From assembly GCA_964572155.1 (NCBI GenBank), contig CAZNDZ010000002.1:19089-83088 (forward strand): a stretch of DNA of 64,000 bases, given 5' to 3'. This document shows positions 21,226 to 29,767 of the stretch, in pieces. Positions within the stretch are counted from its first letter, which is position 1; every line of letters starts with the position of its first letter. Position numbers and translations under genes: made by a program. The stretch is from an uncultured Planctomycetales bacterium. Its GTDB lineage: Bacteria > Omnitrophota > Gorgyraeia > Zapsychrales > Fredricksoniimonadaceae. The notes beneath the pieces were generated by a model. The model was not told where the DNA came from. It saw only the letters and a program-made list of their open reading frames with translations, and did not search any database.

Positions 21226-22130
21226 TTACGTAAGACATTTTCGGGCAATATATAATTCATACAAAAATCTTTATTAGTACAATATGGCATATAACACGGC
21301 ATTTGAGGGCAATTGAGCGTCGAGGAAACCACTTCGACATTGGGAATACCCTGCATGCGCAAATAATTTGTTGGCCCGTACAAGGTTATAACTTTTTTTC
21401 CTAAAGCCTGACCAATCGCTTGCCCTAATGAATCCGAAGTTACAATGATACGACAACTGTTAATCCATTCAATATATTTGACGAGATTCTTGTGCCCTTG
21501 TTGCCAACTCACAGAATACTTGCCTTGTAGCAACATTTCAAGCTTCTTCCAATGATCCATGGGCCATGCTTTGGTCGGCCATTTGCTGCCAACAGAATGA
21601 TTAAATCCTACATCATATTTAATACGGACATGACGGCCATTGCCCAAAACCAACCCTTGCCCGTTCCACTTCTTATCTACAGTTTCGTACAATAACTCTA
21701 GGGCATTTTTAGGGATATCACGTTGATTTTCTTGACCGGATAATAAATAACGCGTTGAACGTTTGCGCGTCGTGATTTGATGAGACTTATCGTTGAAATA
21801 AAATCCAAACTTCTTCTTCGACGTGATGCGATTGATCAACGTGCAGATGCCAATATCTTTTTCTAAGTTGATTACAATATCAAACTTTTCCTGGCATAAA
21901 TCTTCCATAACTTTGGAGCCAAAAATAAGTAAACGCGAAATATAGGGATTATTTTTCAAGAGTTGTTTGGCTTGCCAATCCGTTACCCACGCCACATCAT
22001 CATCTTTGTATATATGCAAAAGAGCGGTACAAATAAGAACATCGCCTAGACTGACCGTTGTAGAAATGCCGCGGTCAAGAAACTCCGAAAAACCAGTTTT
22101 TATGATCAAAACTTTTCGTTTTTGTTTCAT
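21204..22130 (-). CDS. GT9 family glycosyltransferase (heptosyltransferase-like)
   Basis: KVLIIKTGFSEFLDRGISTTVSLGDVLICTAL... matches the GT9 N-terminal pattern. C-terminal IIVTSDSLGQAIGQALGKKVITLYGPT matches the GT9 donor-binding region (ADP-heptose enzymes: D.G..HLA.A.G.P.V.LFGPT). Confidence 0.65.
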   Translation of the reverse strand: MKQKRKVLIIKTGFSEFLDRGISTTVSLGDVLICTALLHIYKDDDVAWVTDWQAKQLLKNNPYISRLLIFGSKVMEDLCQEKFDIVINLEKDIGICTLINRITSKKKFGFYFNDKSHQITTRKRSTRYLLSGQENQRDIPKNALELLYETVDKKWNGQGLVLGNGRHVRIKYDVGFNHSVGSKWPTKAWPMDHWKKLEMLLQGKYSVSWQQGHKNLVKYIEWINSCRIIVTSDSLGQAIGQALGKKVITLYGPTNYLRMQGIPNVEVVSSTLNCPQMPCYMPYCTNKDFCMNYILPENVLRKCKEYLS

Positions 22131-22154
22131 GAAAGATCTAAAATCATTTGAGGA

Positions 22155-23117
22155 CTAACGGTGAACGGCTCCTGCAGTCGCATCTTGTTTGCCGTAAGTA
22201 TTGACCACTTCATCGACATACTCGTGATTTTCCGCATACGGTTCGCTGATCGCACGTATTTCAACTGAGGAATGTCCATATTCTTGAAACCGATTATTCT
22301 TCACCTTAATGTCACAAGAATTACATTTACCATAAACTGCACATGGCACCCACTCACCCAATAATTTAGGTGGCTCAACATCTAATAAATGCCCCAATGG
22401 AAAACGATTGGCATACAAATCAGAATGGCAACGAAACACATATCCTGCCGGATCAATTAAGAATTCTGTCGTGCGACAATCACAATTACGGATTTGACGA
22501 GAATTGACTGCTTCTGGATAGCGCATTGTCCCGTAGGTTGTCCCGTTGTATGGTCCTAAGAATTCTTTTAAACGAAAATCAATGCCCATGGCCTCTGCTT
22601 GTTTTTGAACTTTGCGCGTTTCTTCCATATATTCAGGATGATCCACCGCCCAGACGCCAACATGATACCCTTTATCCATAAAATAGCGCACACGTTTAAG
22701 CAAAACATCAGGATCTTGTTGACCACGGTGATATGAAACACGTATGGAAGCATATGGTGCATCGCGTTTAATACGATCTTTGGGGATATGGCTCATAAAA
22801 ACATCTGAGTCAACTTCCAAATTGGTCAATAAATCAATGGGAAGATCAGATCTTAAGCCCTTAACAATTTCATAAAAATGTTTATGAACGGTTGGCTCGC
22901 CACCTTGCAAGGTGATGGGGATATTGCCTTCTTTTGTTTGAAGGCGATTTAAACCGCGTATCCAGTCTTCACCTGTCATCCAGCGTTTCTTGACCAAGTC
23001 ACCACCATGGTGATTGATGCAATAGCTGCAACGCAACATACAAGCAAAAGATAGGAAAGCTGCGATATAATTAAAAGAATCGGGAAGAACAATTGGTTTT
23101 AGGTCGGAATTTGACAT
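22155..23117 (-). CDS. Radical SAM enzyme with C-terminal Cys-rich (SPASM/twitch-like) region
   Basis: CMLRCSYC = CxxxCxxC about 25 aa from the N-terminus. GGEPT SAM motif. C-terminal Cys cluster (CDC...C...C...C.SC). Confidence 0.7.
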   Translation of the reverse strand: MSNSDLKPIVLPDSFNYIAAFLSFACMLRCSYCINHHGGDLVKKRWMTGEDWIRGLNRLQTKEGNIPITLQGGEPTVHKHFYEIVKGLRSDLPIDLLTNLEVDSDVFMSHIPKDRIKRDAPYASIRVSYHRGQQDPDVLLKRVRYFMDKGYHVGVWAVDHPEYMEETRKVQKQAEAMGIDFRLKEFLGPYNGTTYGTMRYPEAVNSRQIRNCDCRTTEFLIDPAGYVFRCHSDLYANRFPLGHLLDVEPPKLLGEWVPCAVYGKCNSCDIKVKNNRFQEYGHSSVEIRAISEPYAENHEYVDEVVNTYGKQDATAGAVHR

Positions 23118-23123
23118 GGCTTA

Positions 23124-23152
23124 ATAGTAATATAAAACAACATTGCCTTCAA
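23124..23152 (-). promoter_or_regulatory. Candidate sigma70-type promoter TTGAAG-N17-TACTAT immediately upstream of the radical SAM start; would give a leaderless or near-leaderless transcript
   Basis: Read on the minus strand in the 40 bp TerC/radical-SAM intergenic region. No obvious SD precedes the ATG at 23117. Confidence 0.3.
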
Positions 23153-23157
23153 TATAA

Positions 23158-23937
23158 TTATCTAGAAATGCGCAACTTTTTTTTATTAGCATTTATAGAT
23201 AATAAAATTGCTAAGAGTAATGATGATCCAATAAATGTTAATTTCAATACAATCGGTATATGCAACACATGTTCTAAGAGCATGCTCGAACCCACGAAAA
23301 CCAGAATAGAACCTAATGCATAATGCAAATAGGTAAACATCGGCATTACCGCTGCTAATGCAAAATACATCGCCCGCAATCCAATGATAGCAAATACATT
23401 TGACGTCCAAACAATAAATGGATCCTTGGTGATGGCAAAGATTGCTGGGATCGAGTCGAGCGCAAATAATAAATCGGTAAATTCTACAATAATAAGGATA
23501 ACAACCCAATCTTTGAGACGCGGAAAATGCTTCTTACAGAAGAGCAAAATCTTATTTTCTTCCATATGAATATCTTTTTCTTTATCAACAAACATTTTAA
23601 TACCCATAAGTACAAGGAATGTACCCAAAACATATAATAGCCATGAAAACATCATGATCAGTTTAATGCCGACGATAATTAGGATAGCACGCATCAATTG
23701 TGCGCCCCAAACACCCCATGTTAGAATCTTTGCCTGTTCATGACTTTCGCACTTAAAATATTTAAAAATCATTAAAAACACAAAAATATTATCAACGCTT
23801 AAAGACAATTCAATTAAATATCCCGTAAAAAACTCAAGTGCTTTTTGATGCCCTTGGTAATAATAGATGCCGGCATTAAATGCTAAAGCCGCCAAAACCC
23901 AACCTATGCTTGCTATAACTGCAGTACGCATTTTCAT
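23158..23937 (-). CDS. TerC family integral membrane protein
   Basis: LSLSVDNIFVF and TDLLFALDSIPAIFAIT duplicated TerC motifs; 7-8 TM helices. Confidence 0.75.
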   Translation of the reverse strand: MKMRTAVIASIGWVLAALAFNAGIYYYQGHQKALEFFTGYLIELSLSVDNIFVFLMIFKYFKCESHEQAKILTWGVWGAQLMRAILIIVGIKLIMMFSWLLYVLGTFLVLMGIKMFVDKEKDIHMEENKILLFCKKHFPRLKDWVVILIIVEFTDLLFALDSIPAIFAITKDPFIVWTSNVFAIIGLRAMYFALAAVMPMFTYLHYALGSILVFVGSSMLLEHVLHIPIVLKLTFIGSSLLLAILLSINANKKKLRISR

Positions 23938-24368
23938 CGTTGAAATACCCCGCTTTTACCACCGCTCTTATGAATTAATTGAATATTTGATATACACATA
24001 TCTTGCCCCGCCCACTTCATCATGTCATAAATGGTCAAGCATGCCGCACTGACCGCAGCCAAACTTTCCATTTCAACCCCAGTTTTACCCGTGCAAACCA
24101 CCTCAGCTATAACCTTAATTGTATTCTTACTTTTTATAGCTTCAAAATTTACTGTAATTTTTTCTAAATTCAATGGATGACAATATGCAAGGATTGCTGG
24201 CGTAAATTTTGCTGCATTAATGCCAGCTAATTTGGCCGCTTCAAACACATCACCTTTGGGAGATTTCTTGGCTAATAAATCTTTAAACGCTTTAGGCTTC
24301 AATGTAATCATGCCTGTTGCGACTGCTTTCCTGACACTAACATTTTTTTGACTAATATCAATCATCAC
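23934..24368 (-). CDS. moaC: Cyclic pyranopterin monophosphate synthase accessory protein MoaC
   Basis: [23 protein letters not shown] matches the MoaC core. Length 144 aa. Confidence 0.85.
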   Translation of the reverse strand: MMIDISQKNVSVRKAVATGMITLKPKAFKDLLAKKSPKGDVFEAAKLAGINAAKFTPAILAYCHPLNLEKITVNFEAIKSKNTIKVIAEVVCTGKTGVEMESLAAVSAACLTIYDMMKWAGQDMCISNIQLIHKSGGKSGVFQR

Positions 24369-24723
24369 TCATGGATCCTTTACGATTTTTCTTTTTTGCA
24401 GATTGTCGCTTTTTATCAGCCAACATGCGTTCCTTCGCAGACAACGATCGTTTGCGATTCTGTCGACGACGTTTCTCTTGCATGGACTTGCGTTGTTGCT
24501 GCCGAAATAGCTCGCGCTCTTCTAATGCTTGTTGCAATAATTCCCATGCACGGATGCGGTTTTGATACTGACCACGAAATTCTTGGCATTTTATCACAAT
24601 ACCCGTTGGCTTATGAATGAGCATGACACAAGACTCAACCTTATTGACATTCTGCCCACCTGGGCCGCTCGAACGTACAAAAGATTCTATTACTTCGTCT
24701 TTTGATATAAGTATCCGGCCCAT
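24358..24723 (-). CDS. arfB: Peptidyl-tRNA hydrolase ArfB (class I release-factor-like GGQ domain with basic C-tail)
   Basis: [15 protein letters not shown] motif; Lys/Arg-rich C-terminal tail; about 120 aa. Confidence 0.75.
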   Translation of the reverse strand: MGRILISKDEVIESFVRSSGPGGQNVNKVESCVMLIHKPTGIVIKCQEFRGQYQNRIRAWELLQQALEERELFRQQQRKSMQEKRRRQNRKRSLSAKERMLADKKRQSAKKKNRKGSMSDD

Positions 24724-25565
24724 TCTCTTGCCTTTACGGTTTGAATTAACTTAAAATTGTTAAGCTTAAATCCTTTTTCAAATACAGGGCAATTGCTCAA
24801 TGATATGCCAGAAACTGCCAAGAAACCACCCTTGCTTACAAAACGTGCAATCTTTTTTTGTGTCGTGATTAAATCCTGCGTCACTAAATTAGCAGCAACA
24901 AAATCATAAGTCTTATCATGTTTAAAATGATTAATGTCTGCACATAATACAGTAGCTTTTAATTGATTTACTTTAAAATTTTTCTTGGCCGCCTCAACCG
25001 ATAAATCTCCAATATCAAGCGCAACAACCCTTTTCGCACCATGCTTTAAGGCCACCATCCCCAGAATACCTGTGCCTGTACCAATATCAAGCAATGTTTT
25101 GATATACTCACGTTGATCTTCAATCATCTGTGAAACAATTTGTGTTGTTTCATGTAAGCCTGTTCCAAAAGATAACAATGTATCCATCAAGATATAATCT
25201 CTGCCCGCCACCTTTTTATATTTCTTTTGGCACCACACCGGAACAACATCTAATAGTTTCGTCAAACGCGATGGCTTCCACTGCGTTTTCCAACGGGACG
25301 CCCAATCTTTAGGTCTTAAGGTCTTGGTGCTTACCTTAACTTTTAACTTTAATTTATGAAATAAGCTCTTAACCTTCACGAATTCTGAGCGCAACGTAAA
25401 ATAAATCTTTAGCGAGGATGCCTTTAAGTTTAAGTCTTCAATGATATCGTTTGATGAAATTCCTAATGCTAGTAGGACCGTACGCACAAGCGCCAAATCA
25501 TTAGGATCTTTGCTTTGAAAGGTGATTTCGTAAACTAACTGTGGGATGCGTTCTTGGGAAATCAA
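24690..25565 (-). CDS. prmA: Ribosomal protein L11 methyltransferase-like (PrmA)
   Basis: [28 protein letters not shown] motif I, the PrmA N-terminal domain, length 291 aa. Confidence 0.65.
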   Translation of the reverse strand: MISQERIPQLVYEITFQSKDPNDLALVRTVLLALGISSNDIIEDLNLKASSLKIYFTLRSEFVKVKSLFHKLKLKVKVSTKTLRPKDWASRWKTQWKPSRLTKLLDVVPVWCQKKYKKVAGRDYILMDTLLSFGTGLHETTQIVSQMIEDQREYIKTLLDIGTGTGILGMVALKHGAKRVVALDIGDLSVEAAKKNFKVNQLKATVLCADINHFKHDKTYDFVAANLVTQDLITTQKKIARFVSKGGFLAVSGISLSNCPVFEKGFKLNNFKLIQTVKAREWAGYLYQKTK

Positions 25566-26524
25566 GATTTAGGTAAAGAATGGATCTGGCTATTAAAATA
25601 TTGGCATTGATTGCCGCCATTGGTTTTAGATAAATACAACACTTGATCAGCTGCTTTAATTAAATCTCTACCTGTATCTAATCCTGCCGCAGGAAAGGCG
25701 CTCGCACCAACGCTAAAACTAACTTTGATGGATTTACCTTTTTGAGTAAATTCATCATTGGCCTGAGGTGAATTCAAAAATCGTTCAATGGGAATCTTAG
25801 CCTGGGCGATATCTGTCTCGGGCAAAATAATTAGAAACTCATCACCACCAAGTCGACCAATAATATCTGTTTTACGCAACGTGGCTTTCAATGCAGATAT
25901 TGCACCACGCAAACATTTATCCCCATACAAGTGGCCAAATTGATCATTAACTTTTTTAAAATTATCAACATCAATCAGAACACAACTTAGGTTTAAATCA
26001 TAACGTTTGGCACGGGATAATTCTTCATCAAGGCGTTGCAATACTGCCCGTCGATTATAAACACCCGTTAACCCATCTAACTGCGATAATTTTTTTAAGA
26101 AATTCTCTTTGCGGCGAACCTCTGTCACATCATGAAAAGCTAAAATCACATGTTGTGGGCCAGCGGCAAATTGAGCTGGAACATAAGCAACACGCATAAA
26201 AACAAAGACATGACTACGGCGCATGGTGGGCAACTTAACTTCATGTTCAAAAAAGTCACCTTTAACGCGAGCACTTAATAATTCCAATAAAATTTTTGTG
26301 CTAATTTTAGTCGGAAACGACGGAAACCAACTATCAAATTGTTTTCTATCTTGACTTGAAAACAATTGAAGAGCAGCCTGATTAGCATTCAACACTTGAA
26401 ACGTTGACGTCCAAATCCCCTCAATCAAAGGCACAGGTGCTAAATCAAACAACAGTTTGAATTTATCCTTAGGCGCCTTAACCAAAGTAGTGATAAAATT
26501 ATGACGTTCGTTTAATTTGCTCAT
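25562..26524 (-). CDS. GGDEF-domain diguanylate cyclase with N-terminal sensory (PAS-like) domain
   Basis: GLTGVYNRR, intact GGDEF (RLGGDEFLIIL), and an RxxD I-site (RKTD) five residues upstream. Confidence 0.8.
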   Translation of the reverse strand: MSKLNERHNFITTLVKAPKDKFKLLFDLAPVPLIEGIWTSTFQVLNANQAALQLFSSQDRKQFDSWFPSFPTKISTKILLELLSARVKGDFFEHEVKLPTMRRSHVFVFMRVAYVPAQFAAGPQHVILAFHDVTEVRRKENFLKKLSQLDGLTGVYNRRAVLQRLDEELSRAKRYDLNLSCVLIDVDNFKKVNDQFGHLYGDKCLRGAISALKATLRKTDIIGRLGGDEFLIILPETDIAQAKIPIERFLNSPQANDEFTQKGKSIKVSFSVGASAFPAAGLDTGRDLIKAADQVLYLSKTNGGNQCQYFNSQIHSLPKS

Positions 26525-28152
26525 TTAAATTTAATGAGTGAAGGTTCATATTCTTTAGGCGCTTCATACCCTAAAAGATTTAATAACGTCGCAGCTACAT
26601 TAGCCAACCCACGCGTTTTTAGATCAGCAATATCATACTCACCTTGATAATTGGGATCAACGATCGCAAATGGCACAGGATTCAATGAATGCGCTGTGCT
26701 AACTTGTTGCTTGCCATTCTTCACGGTAAACATTTCATCAGCATTACCATGATCTGCTAAAACAACTGCTATGCCATTGACCTGTTGAATGGCTTGCAAA
26801 ATCTTTCCTAAACCTTCATCCACAGCCTCAACGGATGTAATGATTGCTGCCGGCACACCTGTGTGACCAACCATGTCGCCATTAGGATAATTGATGCGAC
26901 CGAATTTATATTTGCCACTTTTAAGCAATTCAATGGTTTTATCGGTGATCTCATCGGCCTTCATGCGTGGCGCTTGATCAAAACGAATCTTATCTGACGG
27001 GATTTCAATATAAGTTTCAAGGGATTCATCTAAATACCCGCTTTTATTTCCATTCCAAAAATATGTCACGTGACCATATTTTTGTGTTTCTGAGACGGCA
27101 AAGGCAGGTATTTTGTTGGCACACATATAAACACCAACAGGCTCATCAATCTGTGGCGGCTCAACCAAATAGTTCTTTGGAATATGCAAATCACCGTCAT
27201 ATTGCATCATACCCGCAAACATTACTTCGGGATCTCTAACACGATCAAATTTATCAAAATCAATGCTGTCAAATGCTAAAGACAATTCAATCGCACGATC
27301 ACCTCTAAAATTCATAAAGACGACACTATCACCATCTTCAATGGTTCCAACCGGTGAACCATCGTCTTCAATAACAAAGGAATCTAAATATTGATCGGTG
27401 ATTTTTGGATCTTCTTTATAATAGGTTTCTACTGCTTCTTTGGCTGAAGCAAAGCGACGGCCACGTCCTAATACATGCGCCTTCCAACCACGCTCGACAA
27501 TTGACCAATCCGCATTATAACGGTCCATGGTTGTGACCATGCGCCCACCGCCGGACGCAATGCGATAATCATAGCTGCGATTAGCATCATTAATTTCTTT
27601 GAGCACAGCCTCTGTTTTTTCAATATAAGTTAACGCTGATTTTTCATACACATCGCGACCATCCAACAAAACATGCAAACAAACGCGTCGTACGCCTTCT
27701 TTGGCACATTCACGCACCAATGCAAACAACTGATCAATATGCGCATGTACATTCCCGTCTGATAATAACCCGATAAAATGAAAAACCTTGTTGTCTTTCT
27801 TTACTTGATTAACTAGCTTTTTCCACGTGTCTGTTTTATAAATGGCGCCTGAATCAATGGACTTTTGAACAAGTTTAGCGCCTTGGTCAAAAATACGACC
27901 AGCACCCAAGGCATTGTGACCAACTTCAGAATTACCCATATCATCATCACTTGGCATACCAACAGCTGTGCCGTGGGCTTTAAGTGTTGTGTATAATTTT
28001 GATTTCATCAAATCATCTAAGACGGGCGTCTTTGCTAAAAAAACACCGTCGCTATTATCTTGTTTGCCAATGCCCATGCCATCCATAATGACCAAGACCA
28101 CTGGTCCTTTGCGACCAGAAAATTTTGCCAACTTGTTTAACTGATGACTCAT
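26521..28152 (-). CDS. gpmI: 2,3-bisphosphoglycerate-independent phosphoglycerate mutase
   Basis: VVLVIMDGMGIG, metalloenzyme domain, 543 aa. Confidence 0.9.
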   Translation of the reverse strand: MSHQLNKLAKFSGRKGPVVLVIMDGMGIGKQDNSDGVFLAKTPVLDDLMKSKLYTTLKAHGTAVGMPSDDDMGNSEVGHNALGAGRIFDQGAKLVQKSIDSGAIYKTDTWKKLVNQVKKDNKVFHFIGLLSDGNVHAHIDQLFALVRECAKEGVRRVCLHVLLDGRDVYEKSALTYIEKTEAVLKEINDANRSYDYRIASGGGRMVTTMDRYNADWSIVERGWKAHVLGRGRRFASAKEAVETYYKEDPKITDQYLDSFVIEDDGSPVGTIEDGDSVVFMNFRGDRAIELSLAFDSIDFDKFDRVRDPEVMFAGMMQYDGDLHIPKNYLVEPPQIDEPVGVYMCANKIPAFAVSETQKYGHVTYFWNGNKSGYLDESLETYIEIPSDKIRFDQAPRMKADEITDKTIELLKSGKYKFGRINYPNGDMVGHTGVPAAIITSVEAVDEGLGKILQAIQQVNGIAVVLADHGNADEMFTVKNGKQQVSTAHSLNPVPFAIVDPNYQGEYDIADLKTRGLANVAATLLNLLGYEAPKEYEPSLIKFK

Positions 28153-28164
28153 AATAACTCCATT

Positions 28165-28731
28165 CTAAAACTTAACTGTAGGCACTTGTTGTGCTGATTC
28201 AGCTGCTTTGAAATATACAGCGGGTTGCGTTTTTCCTGTGGCTGTTGCAAAAAATCTACCAAATAAACTTTGTTGATACGCATTAAATTCTTGGACGCTT
28301 TGATTGTAGCGCATGCGTTCAACAGAAATACGATTTTCAGCGCCCTCTAATTGCGCTTGTAAATCACGAAAGCCACCGTCTGCTTTAAGCGTTGGATAAT
28401 TTTCAGAAACCATCAGTAATTTTGATAAAGCACCTGTTAATTGATTTGCAGCCTCAACTTTTTCAGGTACAGATGCGGCAGCTCCCCATTGACTACGCAA
28501 ACGGGTGACATCTTCAAGGATCGTCTTTTCATGATCTGCATAACCTTTGACGGTATTAACTAAGTTTGGTATTAAATCAAAACGACGTTGCAAGACAACA
28601 TCCACTTGAGACCAGCTGGATTGAACTTGTTGATCTAATCTTATCATGGTATTAAAACCACCTTGATACCATCCAAATGCCGTTGCTGCTAAAAAAACTA
28701 AAACACCAATCACAATCCAAATCTTATTCAT
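28165..28731 (-). CDS. LemA family protein
   Basis: N-terminal TM then WYQGGFNTMIRLDQQVQSSWSQVDVVLQRRFDLIPNLV LemA signature. Confidence 0.85.
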   Translation of the reverse strand: MNKIWIVIGVLVFLAATAFGWYQGGFNTMIRLDQQVQSSWSQVDVVLQRRFDLIPNLVNTVKGYADHEKTILEDVTRLRSQWGAAASVPEKVEAANQLTGALSKLLMVSENYPTLKADGGFRDLQAQLEGAENRISVERMRYNQSVQEFNAYQQSLFGRFFATATGKTQPAVYFKAAESAQQVPTVKF

Positions 28732-28783
28732 AGTTCTCCTTTTAAACGCCTATTACACTGTGTGCCACTGGCACTCAGGTCTA

Positions 28784-29536
28784 TTACCATCGACCACTTG
28801 AACCACCGCCACCACTGGAACCGCCTCCAAAACCACCAAAACCACCTGAACCACCACCACTAAATCCGCCACCACCGCTATAACCACCGCCGTAAAATCC
28901 TCCTGGTCCTGCACCGCCGCGAAAAGTAAAAATCATTAAAAAAATACCTATAAAAATTAGAATAAATACCCAATCATTCGCATCAGTTTTTGATGCCGTG
29001 ATTGGCAATTCACCCGATATAGAAACATTATACTCCTTTGCAACCAAACTGACAATAGCCCAGCTGCCTTTTAATACCCCAGCAGAAAAATTTCCTGCCT
29101 TAAAATCAGGGACAATCATTTCATTAATGATACGACTGCTTTGCACATCAGTAATAGCACCTTCTAAACCATAGCCTACTTCAATACGCAATTGCTTGTC
29201 TTGCGTTGCAATTAACAACAAAACGCCATTATCTTTCTTCTTTTGACCTACACCCCATTGTTGAAAAACTTTTACAGCATAGGTTTCGATCGTCTCATTA
29301 CCAACGGAATTAACAGTTAAAACAGCTAATTGGGCACCTGTTTTTTGTTCTAATTCATTAGCCCATTTTATAATGGTTTCCTTGTTATCAGCATTGATGA
29401 TCCCAGCCTGGTCGACAATATAGGCATTGCCTTGTGACAAGGCATCTGCCCAAGCAATAACAGGGAAAATGAAGAAAAATACGAATAGAAACTTTATATA
29501 AAGTTTTGAGATAAGTTTAACAATTCTGGGGGACAT
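28784..29536 (-). CDS. TPM-domain (YgcG-like) protein with C-terminal TM and Gly-rich tail
   Basis: Signal peptide, TPM_phosphatase-like core (YIVDQAGII...LAVLTV...VGQKKKDNGVLLLIATQDKQLRIEVGYGLEG), TM, and an about 50 aa G/S/F-rich tail. Confidence 0.8.
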   Translation of the reverse strand: MSPRIVKLISKLYIKFLFVFFFIFPVIAWADALSQGNAYIVDQAGIINADNKETIIKWANELEQKTGAQLAVLTVNSVGNETIETYAVKVFQQWGVGQKKKDNGVLLLIATQDKQLRIEVGYGLEGAITDVQSSRIINEMIVPDFKAGNFSAGVLKGSWAIVSLVAKEYNVSISGELPITASKTDANDWVFILIFIGIFLMIFTFRGGAGPGGFYGGGYSGGGGFSGGGSGGFGGFGGGSSGGGGSSGRW

Positions 29537-29539
29537 GAA

Positions 29540-29728
29540 TTACGACTTTGTCTTCTTGGATTTCAGATGATAACTAACCCAAGCCGCTGCATGATTCTTA
29601 AGCCAATCATCAGCGGCAGCCTGGAAACCAATGTCATATCCGGCAATTTCACTTTCAAGCCACTTATGACGATTGATCTCGGCAATAACTTTCTTATCAC
29701 GCAATAATTTCTTAGCGTCGATTTCCAT
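29540..29728 (-). CDS. Small conserved-looking hypothetical protein (62 aa)
   Basis: ORF with W/H/K pattern (HKWLESEIAGYDIGF...AAAWVSYHL). 3-nt spacing to the TPM gene, so operonic. No family assignable by eye. Confidence 0.4.
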   Translation of the reverse strand: MEIDAKKLLRDKKVIAEINRHKWLESEIAGYDIGFQAAADDWLKNHAAAWVSYHLKSKKTKS

Positions 29729-29767
29729 ATTTTTATTCTAACGTGTATTTTTCCTAAAACAAGTTTT

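Noticed and set aside
28790-28920. GC-rich, repetitive ccacc/ggtgg stretch as a tandem repeat or CRISPR-like element
   Set aside because: It is simply the codons of the Gly-rich C-terminal tail of the TPM protein. No repeat-spacer periodicity.
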